In this document: positions 1 through 14,131 of the stretch, piece after piece
Numbering within the stretch: position 1 is the first letter of the stretch
How the letters are laid out: the number at the start of each line of letters is the position of its first letter
Source of the DNA: Octopus vulgaris
Lineage: Eukaryota
Assembly: GCA_951406725.2 (NCBI GenBank)
Contig: OX597833.1
Coordinates: 64,356,001-64,420,000, forward strand
Direction of reading: 5' to 3'
DNA length: 64,000 bases
Notes under the pieces: model-generated
What the model was told of the DNA's origin: nothing
The model's database searches: none
The model's input: the letters and a program-made list of their open reading frames with translations, nothing else
Program-made: the position numbers and the translations under genes

Positions 1-989
1 ACCATCACCAAACTAGAATGCATTCTCTTTCGCTTCTTGTGGAAAGGATGCGTCCCGATGGTCGGGCGATCCATTTGCTGTCAACACTCGTTAAAAGGAG
101 GACTGGAAAGTCCGTGGTTGATGATGCGCAGACACGCGCTGAGATTGCAACGTCTCAGGCTCTACTTAGACGACGGTGAACAGGTGTGGTCGCCGTTTGT
201 GAGGCACGCTTTCCCGCAACTCGTCTCCATGTCTGAACTGCAGTCGTGGATCAAAAAGAGGCCGAGGAAGGGCAAATGGCACCGCGAGTGTCGCGTTGCT
301 CTCAAGCGACTAAGCCGTCCCGGGTTGACCTTGAGTGACTCCAACACAACCAAAGCATTCTATAGGGGTTTAGTGGAGGGGAGGTACGACGACGAGCTCG
401 GGGTGAACCTGGATGTCGATGAGGAATACCTGACCCGCCTGTTCAAAGTGACCTTTGGGCCAGGGCCCATGGACAACTTCCAAAGATCCCTGAACTGGCA
501 GTGCTATCGAGAAGCGCTACCCGTTCGGGATAAGCTCTACAGACACGGCTCGAGAAACACGAGGCCGACTTGCCCGAGATGCGGGCAGAGCGACGAAACC
601 GTTCTGCACGCACTCGTGCCGTGTCCAACAATTTCCGACCTGTGGGCTTATGTCGAACGACTGCTGTCACGTGTGGGATGAGTCGGTTTATCAGCCGAGT
701 CTATTGTTAATATTGTCACGCCTCCTTCCTTCAAACGGGAAGGAAGCGCTATTTTCATCATCCTTGTGGCTATGGCGAAAGAATGTATCTGGTGGACGCG
801 TCTGAAAGGATTGGGGACAAACACTTTCCTCTGTGGTCAATCTCTCATCAACTTCTTCAAGTATCACTTGAAAAGGAAAGTGAGAATAGAGATGCAAGTT
901 TTGTCTAGCGAATGTTTCAAAAAACATGGATGAATGTAGCAAGGATGGCACGTATGAATGACGAAGCCACCTTGAGCATAATCCTATGA
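1..989 (+). pseudogene. Disrupted C-terminal part of Tx1-like ORF2
   Basis: TGA at 679-681 where the copy at 39921-40535 has CGA. There is a 1-nt deletion near 920-930 relative to that copy, and the original stop is at 987-989 (...ATLSIIL*). Confidence 0.82.
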
Positions 990-1335
990 ACCCGGAAAAT
1001 TTAAAACAGAGGGTTACCTACTTGCAAATGTGGTAACATGTAACATTATTGAACGAGATTACCGTGGTCTTTTCCGTAGGCATTTCTTTCCACGGATAAA
1101 CCTTATCTGCTTCCCCCTTTACATTTTATATCATGACACTGTGATACACGATCCCTATTGATCGTTTTTTTATCTTTTTTTTTCTTTTCCTTTTTTTCTT
1201 TCTTTCTTCATTCCCTTTTACGATCCCTTTTGATCGAAAACCTACCCCACTTTTTTTTCTCTCCCCCAAAAAGAAAAGCTCTACTTTGTAATCTGTCCCG
1301 TCTGTGTGCAGCCCTGTGTGGCCAATAAAGAAACA
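1..1335 (+). mobile_element. Tx1/L1-clade non-LTR retrotransposon, 3' part (copy 1; runs off the window's left edge)
   Basis: Frame from base 1 reads ...LFRFLWKG...KGGLESP...WQCYREALPVRDKL...CPRCGQSDETVLHALVPCP, a CCHC (zf-RVT-like) C-terminus typical of L1/Tx1 ORF2. It is followed by a T-rich 3' UTR, AATAAA at 1324-1329, then directly (TATC)n. Confidence 0.88.

Positions 1336-1390
<55 letters not shown>
1336..1390. repeat. (TATC)n microsatellite abutting the Tx1 3' end
   Basis: Direct reading. Confidence 0.97.
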
Positions 1391-1714
1391 ACACGCAACT
1401 CGATGACATTCTACGCAGTCAACTCAATCTTGAAGTTTGACTGTTATCGAATACAAACGATGCGGCGCACTCCCAGCAGCAAGCCACGCCGTAGCAGGAG
1501 AGAACAATATTTGTTTGCTATTAAGCCATTGATTGGCCACAGGGCGAAAGTCTTTGATTTAAGAATTGGTTGCTGTGAGCAGTGAAAAATTCATTAAACC
1601 TATCACGCTTCACAGATTGCTGGATGTGAATAACCTAATCGATTTAATGAATAGATGATTATCGATAAACGGCTAGAGTCCTCTATTGATTGGCCTAGTC
1701 TCGTCCTAAGTGTA

Positions 1715-2093
1715 TGCAGCAGCAGTAGCAATAGGGACAGCAGCAGCAGTAGTAGCAGCAGCAACAGCAGGATTGCTGCTAGTAATAATAGTAGTAGTAG
1801 TAGTAGTAGTAGCTGTAACAGTAGTTGTAGTAGTATTTGCATCAGCAGCACTACTAGTATTAGTATTAGTAGTAGTAGCTGTAGAATTGGTAGTAGTAAT
1901 AGTTGTTGTAGTGGTGGCGGTGGTTGCGGTAGTAGTAGTAATATTAGTAGTAGTGATGGTGATAGTGGCGTTAGTAGTAGTAGTTGTAGTTGTGGTAGTG
2001 ATATTTGTATTAGTAGTGGTGGTGGTGGTGTCGGTAGTAGTAGTATTAGTTATGGTGGTCGTGGTAGTAGTATAAGTAGTGGTGGTGGAGGTT

Positions 2094-2154
<61 letters not shown>

Positions 2155-2155
2155 A
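1715..2155. repeat. Compound (AGC/AGT/GGT)n trinucleotide microsatellite
   Basis: Direct reading; source of the poly-S/V/L pseudo-ORFs. Confidence 0.93.
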
Positions 2156-2355
2156 AATGTTTTAGAGTGTGAGAGAGTGAGGGGATGAAATACCACAATC
2201 AATTATGGAAATTCATCAATCAAATATTAACCAAAGGACTGACTCCCTCTTCCCTCCTCTCTCTCTCCCGTTTCATTACACCTCCCTGTCTTTCTTTGTT
2301 TCTCTTTACATCACACGATCTTCTTCCTCTTAAATTGTTCAAAGCTTTATCTCTG

Positions 2356-2417
<62 letters not shown>

Positions 2418-3229
2418 TATATGTCCGCACACAAACAAAATTGTGTACGGTAAAACACAATCGAAGTAGAATGGTGACAGCATCCATTGGCAAAACATGT
2501 ATTATCGGCATAAGTGGCAGAAATTTTAAAGTGAAACTACTGCAGTAAAATTTCGTAGAAGAGTACCCAATGCTTGAAAGAGGATCTTTATTTTGGGGTT
2601 AAAATAGCAGGGATAATAAGAGGAAAACAGGAAAATTTTACATCGTCAATGTGTGAGTAAATTTCCTGCAACTGATGGGTAACGTAAAGCAACGGAGCGA
2701 GGAGTACTTAGAATGGAAGTAGCAATAACATCTACTGTCTAGCCATTTGTACTCCCCAAAATGAATAGTTTCTCTGGGTACACAACTCGCGGTAAATCTT
2801 TGAGAGAATGACAAATAGAATGAAACTGAATGGAAGAGAAGAATCAAAATTTTTAGGAGACTTTTTGGCACAGCCATTTAGCCACTATCTCTTTGCTGAT
2901 TTGAAATCAGAGTTTCGTCCTTTTGCAGGAGTTTGTGGCTTTTCAGCTTAATCTGTAACTACCTTCAAACGGAGATGCAGCGAAATATTTTTGATATGGC
3001 GCCGATCGTTCAAACCCATGTCACGTCACTTACAATCGATATCGTGTCCAACCTGCCCCGTTTCCCGAAGGAATACTCACAACAATGTTAAACCCCCTGC
3101 CTGCTTAGGGACGCATTGAACAGCCTAGACCTCTGCAGGGCACGTATTCCACTACTCTCTCTTTTTATTATTGTTTTGGCTCGTCTTTTTCTATAATGAT
3201 GTATTGTATAGGTTGTTCATAACCTCTCT

Positions 3230-3365
3230 CCGCAGTAAGTATTTAATGATTTTCGGACGATTCTTGTACACTGATCCTTTACTTGCACCACCAGAAAAAG
3301 AAGTCTGGCGGTATTAAACCAGGTGATCTTGGTGGCCAAAGACCCTTCGAAATAATTCGTTCACC
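3230..3365 (-). mobile_element. Tc1/mariner transposase relic (C-terminal catalytic region)
   Basis: Minus strand reads GERIISKGLWPPRSPGLIPPDFFFW, then (frameshifted) ASKGSVYKNRPKII. This matches the WPPRSPDLxPxDFFLWGxxKxxVY motif. Confidence 0.72.
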
Positions 3366-3537
3366 GTTATACCCTTGAAGTAGCGGCATGGTGATGCGCA
3401 TGATGAAAGAAAATTCACTGCGGAGAGACGTTTTGGAGACCCTGTATTACAATCCCTTTGTGTTTTTTCTCAAAATCTATTATGGTTTCAATTTGTGGAG
3501 AATGATGAGCAATTTTGGCTGGAGGGAGTTAATATAT

Positions 3538-4139
3538 CTATTTCTTTACTACCCACAAGGGGCTAAACACAAAGAGGACAAACAAGGACAGACAAACGGA
3601 TTAAGTCGATTATATCGACCGCAGTGCGTAACTGGTACTTATTCAATTGACCCCGAAAGGATGAAAGGCAAAGTCGACCTCGGCGGAATTTGAACTCAGA
3701 ACGTAACGGCAGACGAAATACCTATTTCTTTACTGCCCACAAGTGGCTAAACACAGAGGAGACAAACAAGGACAGACAAAGGGATTAAGTCGATTACATC
3801 AACCGCAGTGCGTAACTGGTACTTATTTAATCGACCCCGAAAGGATGAAAGGCAAAGTCGACCTCGGCGGAATTTGAACTCAGAACGTAACGGCAGACGA
3901 AATACCTATTTCTTTACTGCCCACAAGTGGCTAAACACAGAGGAGACAAACAAGGACAGACAAACGGATTAAGTCGATTACATCGGCCCCAGTGCGTAAC
4001 TGGTACTTATTTAATCGACCCCGATAGGATGAAAGGGAAAGTCGACCTCGGCGGAATTTGAACTCAGAACGTAACGGCAGACGAAATATGGCTACGCATT
4101 TCGCCCGGCGTGCTAACGTTTCTACCAGTTCGCCGCCTT
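3538..4139 (-). mobile_element. SINE family A tandem trimer (one tRNA-like head plus two head-less ~184-bp units)
   Basis: Units start at 3538, 3721 and 3905. The A-box head (GGCGGCGA.CTGG.AGAAACGTTAGC) is present once at the right end; the B-box GAGTTCAAATTCC is in each unit. Confidence 0.9.
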
Positions 4140-4665
4140 ATATAATAATTAACCCAATGCTCACATATTACTTATTTTATAGACCTCGAAAGGAAAAAAA
4201 AAATGCTAAGTTGACCTTGACAGGATATGAGGCTCATTACGTAAGGAACCGAAAGAAGCGCAGCTAAGCATTTCGTTCAACGCTTCACTGTTTCTGTTAA
4301 TTCGCCGTTCTCACGCAATGTATACTAATTCTTATATCCAAAAATTCCTGCCAAATTCCTTATGCATTACATAATAGCAATCAACAGCCAAGAATTTGTT
4401 ACAACAGAGCATTTGCCATTCCACCCTGTATTGATTCAGATCATTAGATTCCGATTTAAAATTCTTCTGTCGAATTTTCTTTAGCCTTTCATTATTCCGT
4501 GTTCGCTAAAATAAGGATCCGATACAGATCTGACATCGATATAATTATGCATTCCTTTCGCACGAAGTTTCTGTTCCTTTGCCAATATTAGGAGCAATTT
4601 GCATGGGTGGTCTTTTGGCAGAATCCTTTGCGTAGTAAAAGAAATAGCTTACATTATGTTTTAGT

Positions 4666-4965
4666 TGTGGAGGCACATGACCTAGTGGTTAGAGCAGCGG
4701 TCTCGTGGTCGAGGGATCGCGGGTTCGAATCTTAGACCGGGCGATGTGTATGTTTATGAGCGAAGACACCTAAGCTCCACGCGGCTCCAGCAGAAGGTAA
4801 TGGCGAACTTCTGCTGACTCTTCCGCCACAACTTTCTCTCTCTCTTTCCTCCTGCATCTTGCAGCTCACCTGCGACAGACAGGTGTCCCGTCCAGGTGGG
4901 AAACCTATACGCCAAGGAAACCAGGAAACCGGCCCTTATGAGCCAGGAGTGGGTTGAGAAGGAAC
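4666..4965 (+). mobile_element. SINE family C (tRNA-derived), alternative 3' tail
   Basis: Head TGTGGAGGC.C.TG.CCTAGTGGTTAG...GGGTTCGAATC is shared with other C copies. The tail contains GTCCCGTCCAGG...GAAACCGG. Confidence 0.8.
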
Positions 4966-5012
4966 AAATATATATTTTAGTTAAGGCGGCGAGCTGGCAA
5001 GCGTTACAAAGC

Positions 5013-5235
5013 AGGCCCCTTTGAAATACGGGTACAGCAGAAACAGGAAGAACGAGTGAGAGAAAGTTGTGGTGAAAGAATACAGAAGGGTTCGCAACCA
5101 TCCACTGCCGGTGCCTCGTGCAGAGTTTTTGGGTGTTTTTCCTCAATAAACTCACAACGCCCGGTCTAGGAATCGGAACCGCAATCCTTCAACCACGAGT
5201 CTGCTTCCCTAACCACTGGACCATGGTGCCTCCAC
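5013..5235 (-). mobile_element. SINE family C, 5' part
   Basis: Similar to the copies at 27086-27473 and 44421-44809. Confidence 0.8.
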
Positions 5236-5373
5236 ATAGAACTTGTATATTTATATTGATGCATGTATAAAAGATATATTATCTTCGTCTCGTACAGTTT
5301 TAAACCATCATAACATTTTTCTAGGTTAAAAAAAAACACTGAATAGAAGTTTATAAATATATATATATATATA

Positions 5374-5740
5374 GGCGCAGGAGTGGCTGTGTGGTAAGTA
5401 GCTTGCTAACCAACCACACGGTTGCGGGTTCAGTCCCACTGCGTGGCATCTTGGGCAAGTGTCTTCTGCTATAGCCCCGGGCCGACCAATGCCTTGTGAG
5501 TGGATTTGGTAGACGGAAACTGAAAGAAGCCTGTCGTATATATGTATATATATGTATATGTGTGTGTGTTTGTGTGTCTGTGTTTGTCCCCCTAGCATTG
5601 CTTGACAACCGATGCTGGTGTGTTTAGGTCCCCGTCACTTAGCGGTTCGGCAAAAAGAGACCGATAGAATAAGTACTAAAAGGTGGTGCTCCAGCATGGC
5701 CGCAGTCAAATGACTGAAACAAGTAAAAGAGTAAAAGAGT
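5374..5740 (+). mobile_element. SINE family B (tRNA head, CORE-like TTGGGCAAGT, internal microsatellite, AAAAGAGT tail)
   Basis: GGCGCAGGAGTGGCTGTGTGGTAAG...GGGTTCAGTCCC head; multiple copies in the window. Confidence 0.88.
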
Positions 5741-5825
5741 ATATATATGTGTGTGTGTGTGTGTGTATGTGTGTGTGTGTGCGTGTGTGTGTGTGTGTGC
5801 GTGTGTGTGTGTTTGTGTGTGTGTG

Positions 5826-6008
5826 TGGAAGAGCGTGGCTTAGTGGTTAGAATGTCGGCATCATGATCGTAAGATTGTGGTTTCGATTCCTGGACCGGGC
5901 TATGCGTTGTGCTCCTGAGCAAAACACTTCATTTCACGATGTTCCAGTCCACTCAGCTGGCAAAACCGAGTAACCCTACACCATAGAAACCGGGAAACTG
6001 GGCCCATG
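5826..6008 (+). mobile_element. SINE family D (tRNA-derived)
   Basis: GTGGCTTAGTGGTTAG...GGTTTCGATTCCTGGACC; related degenerate copies near 12885-12995 and 47789-47900. Confidence 0.7.
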
Positions 6009-6010
6009 AT

Positions 6011-6044
<34 letters not shown>

Positions 6045-6745
6045 TACATATATTTATCCTAATTATATACATAATACAAACACACACTCACACACGCACA
6101 CATATATACATTCATATAGACTTATATGCATACATAGACAGACACAACTACATAAGAATACTTAGTGATAGTTGAGAAACTGATACAATAAATGTGTGTC
6201 GAATCGTTCAAGATAAAAGTTAGATGAACTTCGAAGCACGATGCAAAAATCGCAAAAATCTAATTCGTTCGTGGCAGGGGGTAGAAGCTCCGCTGGGAAC
6301 AAAGTTTCTCCAAATTATCTTTTGTTTTTTTTTTTTAGTTGTATATAATTACTTCTCTACGCAATTTCAGATTTTAAGTCACACTAGAAAAACAGCAATG
6401 ATAATATTATTAACAAAGCTTTCTGTATCTTTATCATTGAAATAAAAGTCTCTACAGACGGAAGACGATAACGTATATTTGAAACAAAGGTGTAGAAAAT
6501 AAGATATAATTGTATGTAGGAATCTAAGAAAAAAAAAATAAAGATAAGAAAGTTGGAGAGTTTGAAAGGAGACACAATCCATGTAATTATAAGAGTCGTA
6601 GAAATGATTAAAAATCGATGCAGACAAATAGATAAACAAACCAGTAATATTTGTGGAGGCTCAGAAAAACGTGTGACGTAAAAGCACCGCAGAGAACATA
6701 GAGATAGCTTGAGTAAATATACGCAACTGACAGTAAAAGGTAGTT

Positions 6746-7074
6746 CATTTTTTCTTTTTTTTTCGCCCTTTTAAAGCCTAACCAGGCTCATGGGCCCGGT
6801 TTCCCGGTATCTGTGGCGTATGTATTCTCCCCCCCCCCAGCTGGACGGGACGCCAATCCATCGCAGGGTTACACAAGAAACAGGAGGAGAGATTGAGAGA
6901 AAGTTTTGGCGAAAGAGTACAACAGGGATCGCCACCACCCCTTCAAGGAGCATCGTGGAGCTTTTAGGTGTTTTCGCTCAAGAAACACACACAACGCTCG
7001 GTCTTGGAATCGAAACCGCGAACCTCCGACCGCGAGTCTGCTGCCCTAACCACTGGGCCAATGCGCCTCAAGAC
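6746..7074 (-). mobile_element. SINE family C variant with A-rich tail and probable TSD
   Basis: C-type head at ~6990-7068; AAGGTAGTT at 6737-6745 and 7075-7083. Confidence 0.75.
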
Positions 7075-7441
7075 AAGGTAGTTGACAAGAATGTATAGTA
7101 CGGAGAGAAATCTCGTACTCATTCATACACATAAAAAGCGGACCAATATCAGGAGCTGAATTATGTAGTCACATAACATCGTTGTTGTGTGTCTTAGAAT
7201 ACTTATGAGCAGCTCAAAGAAGCGGGGCATTGATAGAATCGTTAATTTGATAAAATATCTCCATTTGTTCCAACTGTCTGAATACTAAGCTCAAATTCGT
7301 CCGAGGTAAGCAGTGTGTTTCGTCGTTTCGGGTGGATAATAAAAAGTAGCTATCCGGTGGTAATGGGCGGGTTGAACTGGTGGCACGTCGGATGTTGTCA
7401 TTGTTATCATTTCAAATATTTGCCAAAGGGCAGCTTAAGGG

Positions 7442-7592
7442 AGGGGATTAAGTCCATTACATCAACCCCAGTGCGTAGCTGGTATTTATTTAATCGACCC
7501 CGAAAGGATGAAAGTCAAAGTCAACCTCGGCGGAATTTGAACTCAGAAAGTGACGACGGGAGAAATACCGCTAAGCATTTCGCTCGACGTGC
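7442..7592 (-). mobile_element. SINE family A fragment
   Basis: Matches the family A body. Confidence 0.8.
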
Positions 7593-7619
7593 TACTACTA
7601 CTACTACTACTACTACTAC

Positions 7620-7651
<32 letters not shown>

Positions 7652-7702
7652 ATAATAATAATAATGATAACAATAATAATAATGATAATAATGATAATAA
7701 TG

Positions 7703-7737
<35 letters not shown>

Positions 7738-7768
7738 GATAATAATAATAATAATGATAATAATGATG

Positions 7769-7835
<67 letters not shown>

Positions 7836-7880
7836 TAACAATAATAATAATGATAATAATGATAATAATAATAATAATAA

Positions 7881-7911
<31 letters not shown>

Positions 7912-7953
7912 AAGAAGAAGAAGAATGATTATAATAATAATAATAATAATAAC

Positions 7954-8018
<65 letters not shown>
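7593..8018. repeat. Compound (CTA)(AGT)(AAT)(AAG)n microsatellite
   Basis: Direct reading. Confidence 0.95.
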
Positions 8019-8019
<1 letters not shown>

Positions 8020-8359
8020 CAATAATCTTGACATTGGATTAATCGATTAATCGATTTCATAGTCGTGACATGTTGGCAAAAAAGTATCAACAATTCTTCT
8101 TTATCTTTCAATATTTAGATTTTAAAATGTTTTCTACAATATCGATATTATGTGTGATTGCATTTGTTGTTGCTTTTAATGTCGTTGCTGTTGTTAGCTT
8201 TTCAGAAATCGACTCTAATCAATTAAACCTATAACCAAATCGATCACCCACCTCCGACTGCGTCGTCTCTTTTGCATATCTAGAACTGTATTAGAACGCA
8301 TTTAGGCGCAATGTAGCTTGGACTACATTGTTCAATGTTGCGCTTTTCATATCAGAGAT

Positions 8360-9003
8360 TGTGTCCGGCGATGCTGGGGCATGGCCTTAAAGGTATTTTT
8401 AGTCGAAAAGGCGGTGAGCTGGCAGAAACGTTAGCACACCGAGCGAAATGCTTAGCGGTATTTCGTCTGCCGCTATGTTCTGAGTTCAAATTCCGCCGAG
8501 GTCGACTTTGCCTTTCATCCTTTCGGGGTCGATAAATTAAGTACCAGTTACGCAGTGGGGTCGATATAATCAACTTAATCCGTTTGTCTGTCCTTGTTTG
8601 TTACCTCTGTATTTAGCCCCTTGTGGGTAGTAAAGAAATAGGTATTTTTAGTCGAAGAAAAATATTCCAGGACTTATTTTTTGAGAGACGAGTACTTATT
8701 CTGTCGGTCACGTTTGCCGAACCACTTCGTTATGTGGACATAAACACACCAACAGCGGATGTCAAGCGATGGTGGGGCGACAAGCACAGACACAAAGACA
8801 ATATATATATATATATTTGTGTGTGTGTGTATGTGTGTGTATACACGACGTACTTCTTTCAGTTTCTGTCTACCAAATCCACTCACAAGGCTATGTTCGA
8901 TCCGAGGCTACAATAGAGGACACTTGCCCAAGATACTACACATTGGGGATGAACCCGGAACCATGTAGTTTGGAAACAAGCTTCTTACTACACAGCAACG
9001 CCT
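8360..9003 (-). mobile_element. SINE family B, older copy interrupted by SINE A
   Basis: B-family segments on both sides of the SINE A insertion. Confidence 0.75.
8408..8639 (+). mobile_element. Full-length SINE A monomer with 17-bp TSD, nested in a SINE B
   Basis: AGGTATTTTTAGTCGAA at 8391-8407 and 8640-8656. Confidence 0.9.
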
Positions 9004-9279
9004 GATGAAATAGATCCGAAAACGTTCCCATCAACTCACCCCTCACAAATGGGAGCTGTTTAACCCAACTAAATTTTCTTGCATTTTAAGAATGTGGGAT
9101 ATTGTTTATAAGTTTGGCTGCTATTTCTAGCAGGTCTTACCGATCGGCTCACGGCTTTCTCGTTAGCGCGTTTTGTGATTGTTTGATTCACTTTCAGCCT
9201 TGTTGCTGTTTAGTTTAGTCGTATAGATTTTTTTTAAGCCAACAAATGCCCTCTCCTTTGTAAAGAGAACTTTTAGCTT

Positions 9280-9900
9280 ATTAGGCGGATGTTGCTTTAA
9301 AGTTAATGTTTTCTCAATATTTATTAGATGATGCGATGAAAGGAGATAATGAAAGAAGTAAAACAGGAGAGAAAAACCGTGTTTAAACTTGAAAGAAACA
9401 TTTGCGATAATGGCGACGGATATGGTCGTTTTTCACACATTACGTCGCCATTCTCAGCGAAGCTGTTGCATAACCTGCGACATTGTAAATATATGTAAAA
9501 TGAGTAAAGGTATTGTATTAGACATTAGAATACAACAAAGAACGCAAAAAAGAAAAAAACAAAACAAAAACGCGATAGATACACATTCTTCAACGTTCAT
9601 GATTCCATACTGCAACAATGTTCGCTTTGAAAGACATAAAATTATATAGCAGTCTTCAAAACGGATATGACAGAGAAAAATAAAAAAAGCGAAGCTAAAA
9701 AAAAAAAAAGTACCTTTCGATCAAAGATTTCCTGAGTACGTTTAGAAGACATCTAAAAACTTCACATTATGACAGACATAATAAAAAGTATACGAAAACG
9801 TCTTGCATAGAAGCTGTGTTGCCATCTTTAAAATTTCACAACGTTAACGAAAATTTAAAGCTAAATATAAAAAATACAGAAATCAAATTATGGAAAATGG
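9280..9900 (+). mobile_element. Highly decayed LINE RT relic (RTE-like)
   Basis: Frameshifted traces in the expected order: GCC..LDDAMK (cf. QGCxLSPxLFNxxLD), FA..DMVVF (cf. FADD), then VLPSL. Confidence 0.4.
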
Positions 9901-10304
9901 GAACTAAATTCGATGTGCCGACAACTGGTGATTTTTTCCGGGGACATTTCAATGGCAAGACATTTGCTGTATGGCGTATATTAACCTGCGTCGAAATATT
10001 TATATGGGATATACCACTTACTCTGCTACAAACTACATCTTTGTTTAATTAAAACAAGGAAACGTACAAAGTCGGAAAATCTACGCGCAGTATGAAACCT
10101 TGGTCCGGTTTGTTCACTGCTTATACATATATGCATATGTATATATATAAATATATATATATATAATGTTTTGTGGTATTTCATCTGTCTTTACGTTCTG
10201 AGTTCAAATTCCGCCGTGGTCGACTTTGCCTTTCATCCTTTGAGAAAATCTGGTTTAAATGTTTGACAACTCAGCACCGTCAATTGGACGTGGGGCGTTT
10301 TGCT

Positions 10305-10362
<58 letters not shown>

Positions 10363-10884
10363 AGGCAAAGTCAACCACAGCGGAATTTGAACTCAGAACA
10401 TAAAGACAGATGAAATACCGCAAAACATTTCACCCAGGGTGCTAACGATTCTGCCAGCTCGCCGCCCTTTCAATATTTTATATTCTGACACTTTATTTCA
10501 CGTTGGTCCTGTTAGCTCATCTCTAGAAATGAGTCACAAAGTCAACGGTGCCAAGCTGTATCGGCCCTTTGGCCCTTCTCTTGGATAACATCGGTGACGA
10601 GGAGAGAGAAGGCTGCAATACATGGACGACTGTAGGTCTCCCATAAACGTCCTCGTTTGGGCTTGTGCCTCACATGGGCATTTTCTAGGTTCAGGTCTGT
10701 GTTCATTTATGACTGAAAGGGATCTTTAACTTTGTATGTGTGGATGGGGATGTGGGCGCATGCGTGCTTGTGGATACATGCACAGTTGTGCGTGTGTACG
10801 TTCATACTGAATAAAGCTACATAGGTAAGGCGGATTTCTCTCGATTCTTGAGGTGTAAAATATCCAAATCACCAGCAAAAATTG

Positions 10885-11360
10885 AGACACATACACACAC
10901 ACGATCATACACATATACACACTAACGAACGCACACACACATATACACACTAACTTACGCACTCACACAATCACACACATATTTACACTAACGTCCCCCC
11001 CCACACAATCGCACACATATACACAGTAACGCACACACACACAATTGCACACATATACACACTAACGCACGCAGACACACATACACAACCACGCACATAT
11101 ACACACTAACACACACACACACACACACAATCACACGCAGTCGCACACAAATACGCACTAACGCACGCACACACACAATCACACACATATACACACTAAC
11201 ACACGCACATACACAATAATACACAATCGCACACAAGTACACACTAACACACGCACATGCACAATAACACACAATCGCACATAAGTACTCACTAACACAC
11301 GCACTCACGCACACGCACACACACACACACACGTACACACACACACACGAACACACACAA
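10885..11360. repeat. Degenerate CA-rich cryptic minisatellite
   Basis: Recurring ACAATC(G/A)CACACATATACACACTAAC motif. Confidence 0.8.
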
Positions 11361-11707
11361 ACCATCACAGAGAAAGGCATTCAGTTGTGACGTCCAAGAG
11401 TTGTGACAATATTTTATGACTCGTTTGTCTCAACGAGACAAAACAAAAACTCAAGCCAATTATTTATAGAAACAATATATATTTTTTTGTTATATATACT
11501 TTTCAAGGAGAAACATAGACAAACAAAAAAAAAACGGTCTGTGCAAAGATTTTGCTATATTTAAAATATCTTGAACGTTTTCTGAACTTGTGGCCCTTAA
11601 AAACTGATATTTTAGCATCGCAAAAAACAAAGACTTTCTGGCTTCCCATTAATGTCACACGCTTTTATGAACACGTAGTTTTAGACATCCATTAAGTAAT
11701 GGCGCAC

Positions 11708-12560
<853 letters not shown>

Positions 12561-13611
12561 TCACAGTCAGTTCAATACAAAACACACACACACACAAAAG
12601 TCTATGTTTGACTACCTCTTAAAGAAAAAAAATAAATTAGTAAAACAAACTTTTGAAGTAGAGAGGAAAACTTCGTGCCAAATATTTTCTATATTTAAAA
12701 TCTGTTGATAGTTTTGTGAACTTATGGCCCTACAAAAGAACTAATATTTTTAACACCGGTGGAAACAAAGACTGTCCGTCTACGCAGTAATTTGGTCTGG
12801 CTGGGTGAGCACGTTTATACGGACATCCACGAGAGTGAATGTTCATGTGTATATATAAATAGATACATATAGATACACATCGCGAATGTGCGTGGATTAG
12901 CGATTAGGGTATTCAACTCATCATAGTAAGGTTGTGAGCTCGATTCCCGACAGAGTATCACGTCCTTGAGCAAGTCTTTCTGTTTCAAGATGCTTCTGTC
13001 TGAAGTGGATATATATATAGTCAGTATCAGATATTGATGTGGCTGCGTGCATGTTATTACAATAGTTTATAAAGTGATGAAGAATAAATTCAAGAGCTAT
13101 ACATTTGTTTTATAAAAATATATTTTATTTACTGGTCGATGTAGAATCTAGATAAATGAATTTATCTTTGTATGAAAGTGGAGAGATACAAAATATAGAA
13201 ATAACAGCTAAGTTGTGAGTTTTCAGTCATGTGGCATAGAGAAATAGACGGACATAGCAATGATGTGAATGGCTCTAAGTCTAATCGACTAAGAAGCGAA
13301 GAGCAGGGTTAGCAAGCTGTTATTTATTAATGGACGCTAGTCATTCTAGAAACTTCGAAGAGAAACCCTAAGCTTCTTGAATAATTAAGAATCACGTCTC
13401 ATGACATAGATGCTTCGAGAAACTTAGAAAAGGGAGATTACTCTATGATATTTCTTGCAAGGTATTTCGTTCAACAATCTAGCTATCAGCCTTATCACAT
13501 TCTGTGTTACGCTTAATTACCCCGAGAAATGAATTAACTCTACCCGTGTTAGTGCAAATTTCATTTATCAATAATCTTTTAAATAATCAACATGTCATTG
13601 TTCGCTTGTTT

Positions 13612-13829
13612 TCTTTTACTCTTTTACTTGTTTCAGTCATTTGACTGCGGCCATGCTGGAGCACCGCATTTAGTCGAAAAAATTCACCCCAGAACTTATT
13701 CTTTGTAAGCCTAGTACTTATTCTATCGGCCTTTTTTATCGAACCTCTAAGTTATAGGGACGTAAACACACTAACATTGGTAGTCTAGCGATGGTTTGGC
13801 GGATCAAGGGTACACAAATACACACATTC

Positions 13830-13830
<1 letters not shown>
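13612..13830 (-). mobile_element. SINE family B, 3' half
   Basis: CTTTTACTTGTTTCAGTCATTTGACTGCGGCCATGCTGGAGCACC matches the family B 3' end. Confidence 0.8.
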
Positions 13831-13876
<46 letters not shown>

Positions 13877-13923
13877 AATACATATATATATATGTATATA
13901 CATATATATATATATTTATATAC

Positions 13924-14099
<176 letters not shown>

Positions 14100-14131
14100 T
14101 GGAATTTCCAGAATTCAGTTGTTTTTCATAC

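Noticed and set aside
5374-5450. tRNA genes at SINE heads
   Set aside because: A/B boxes run into multicopy SINE bodies; no complete cloverleaf or terminator.
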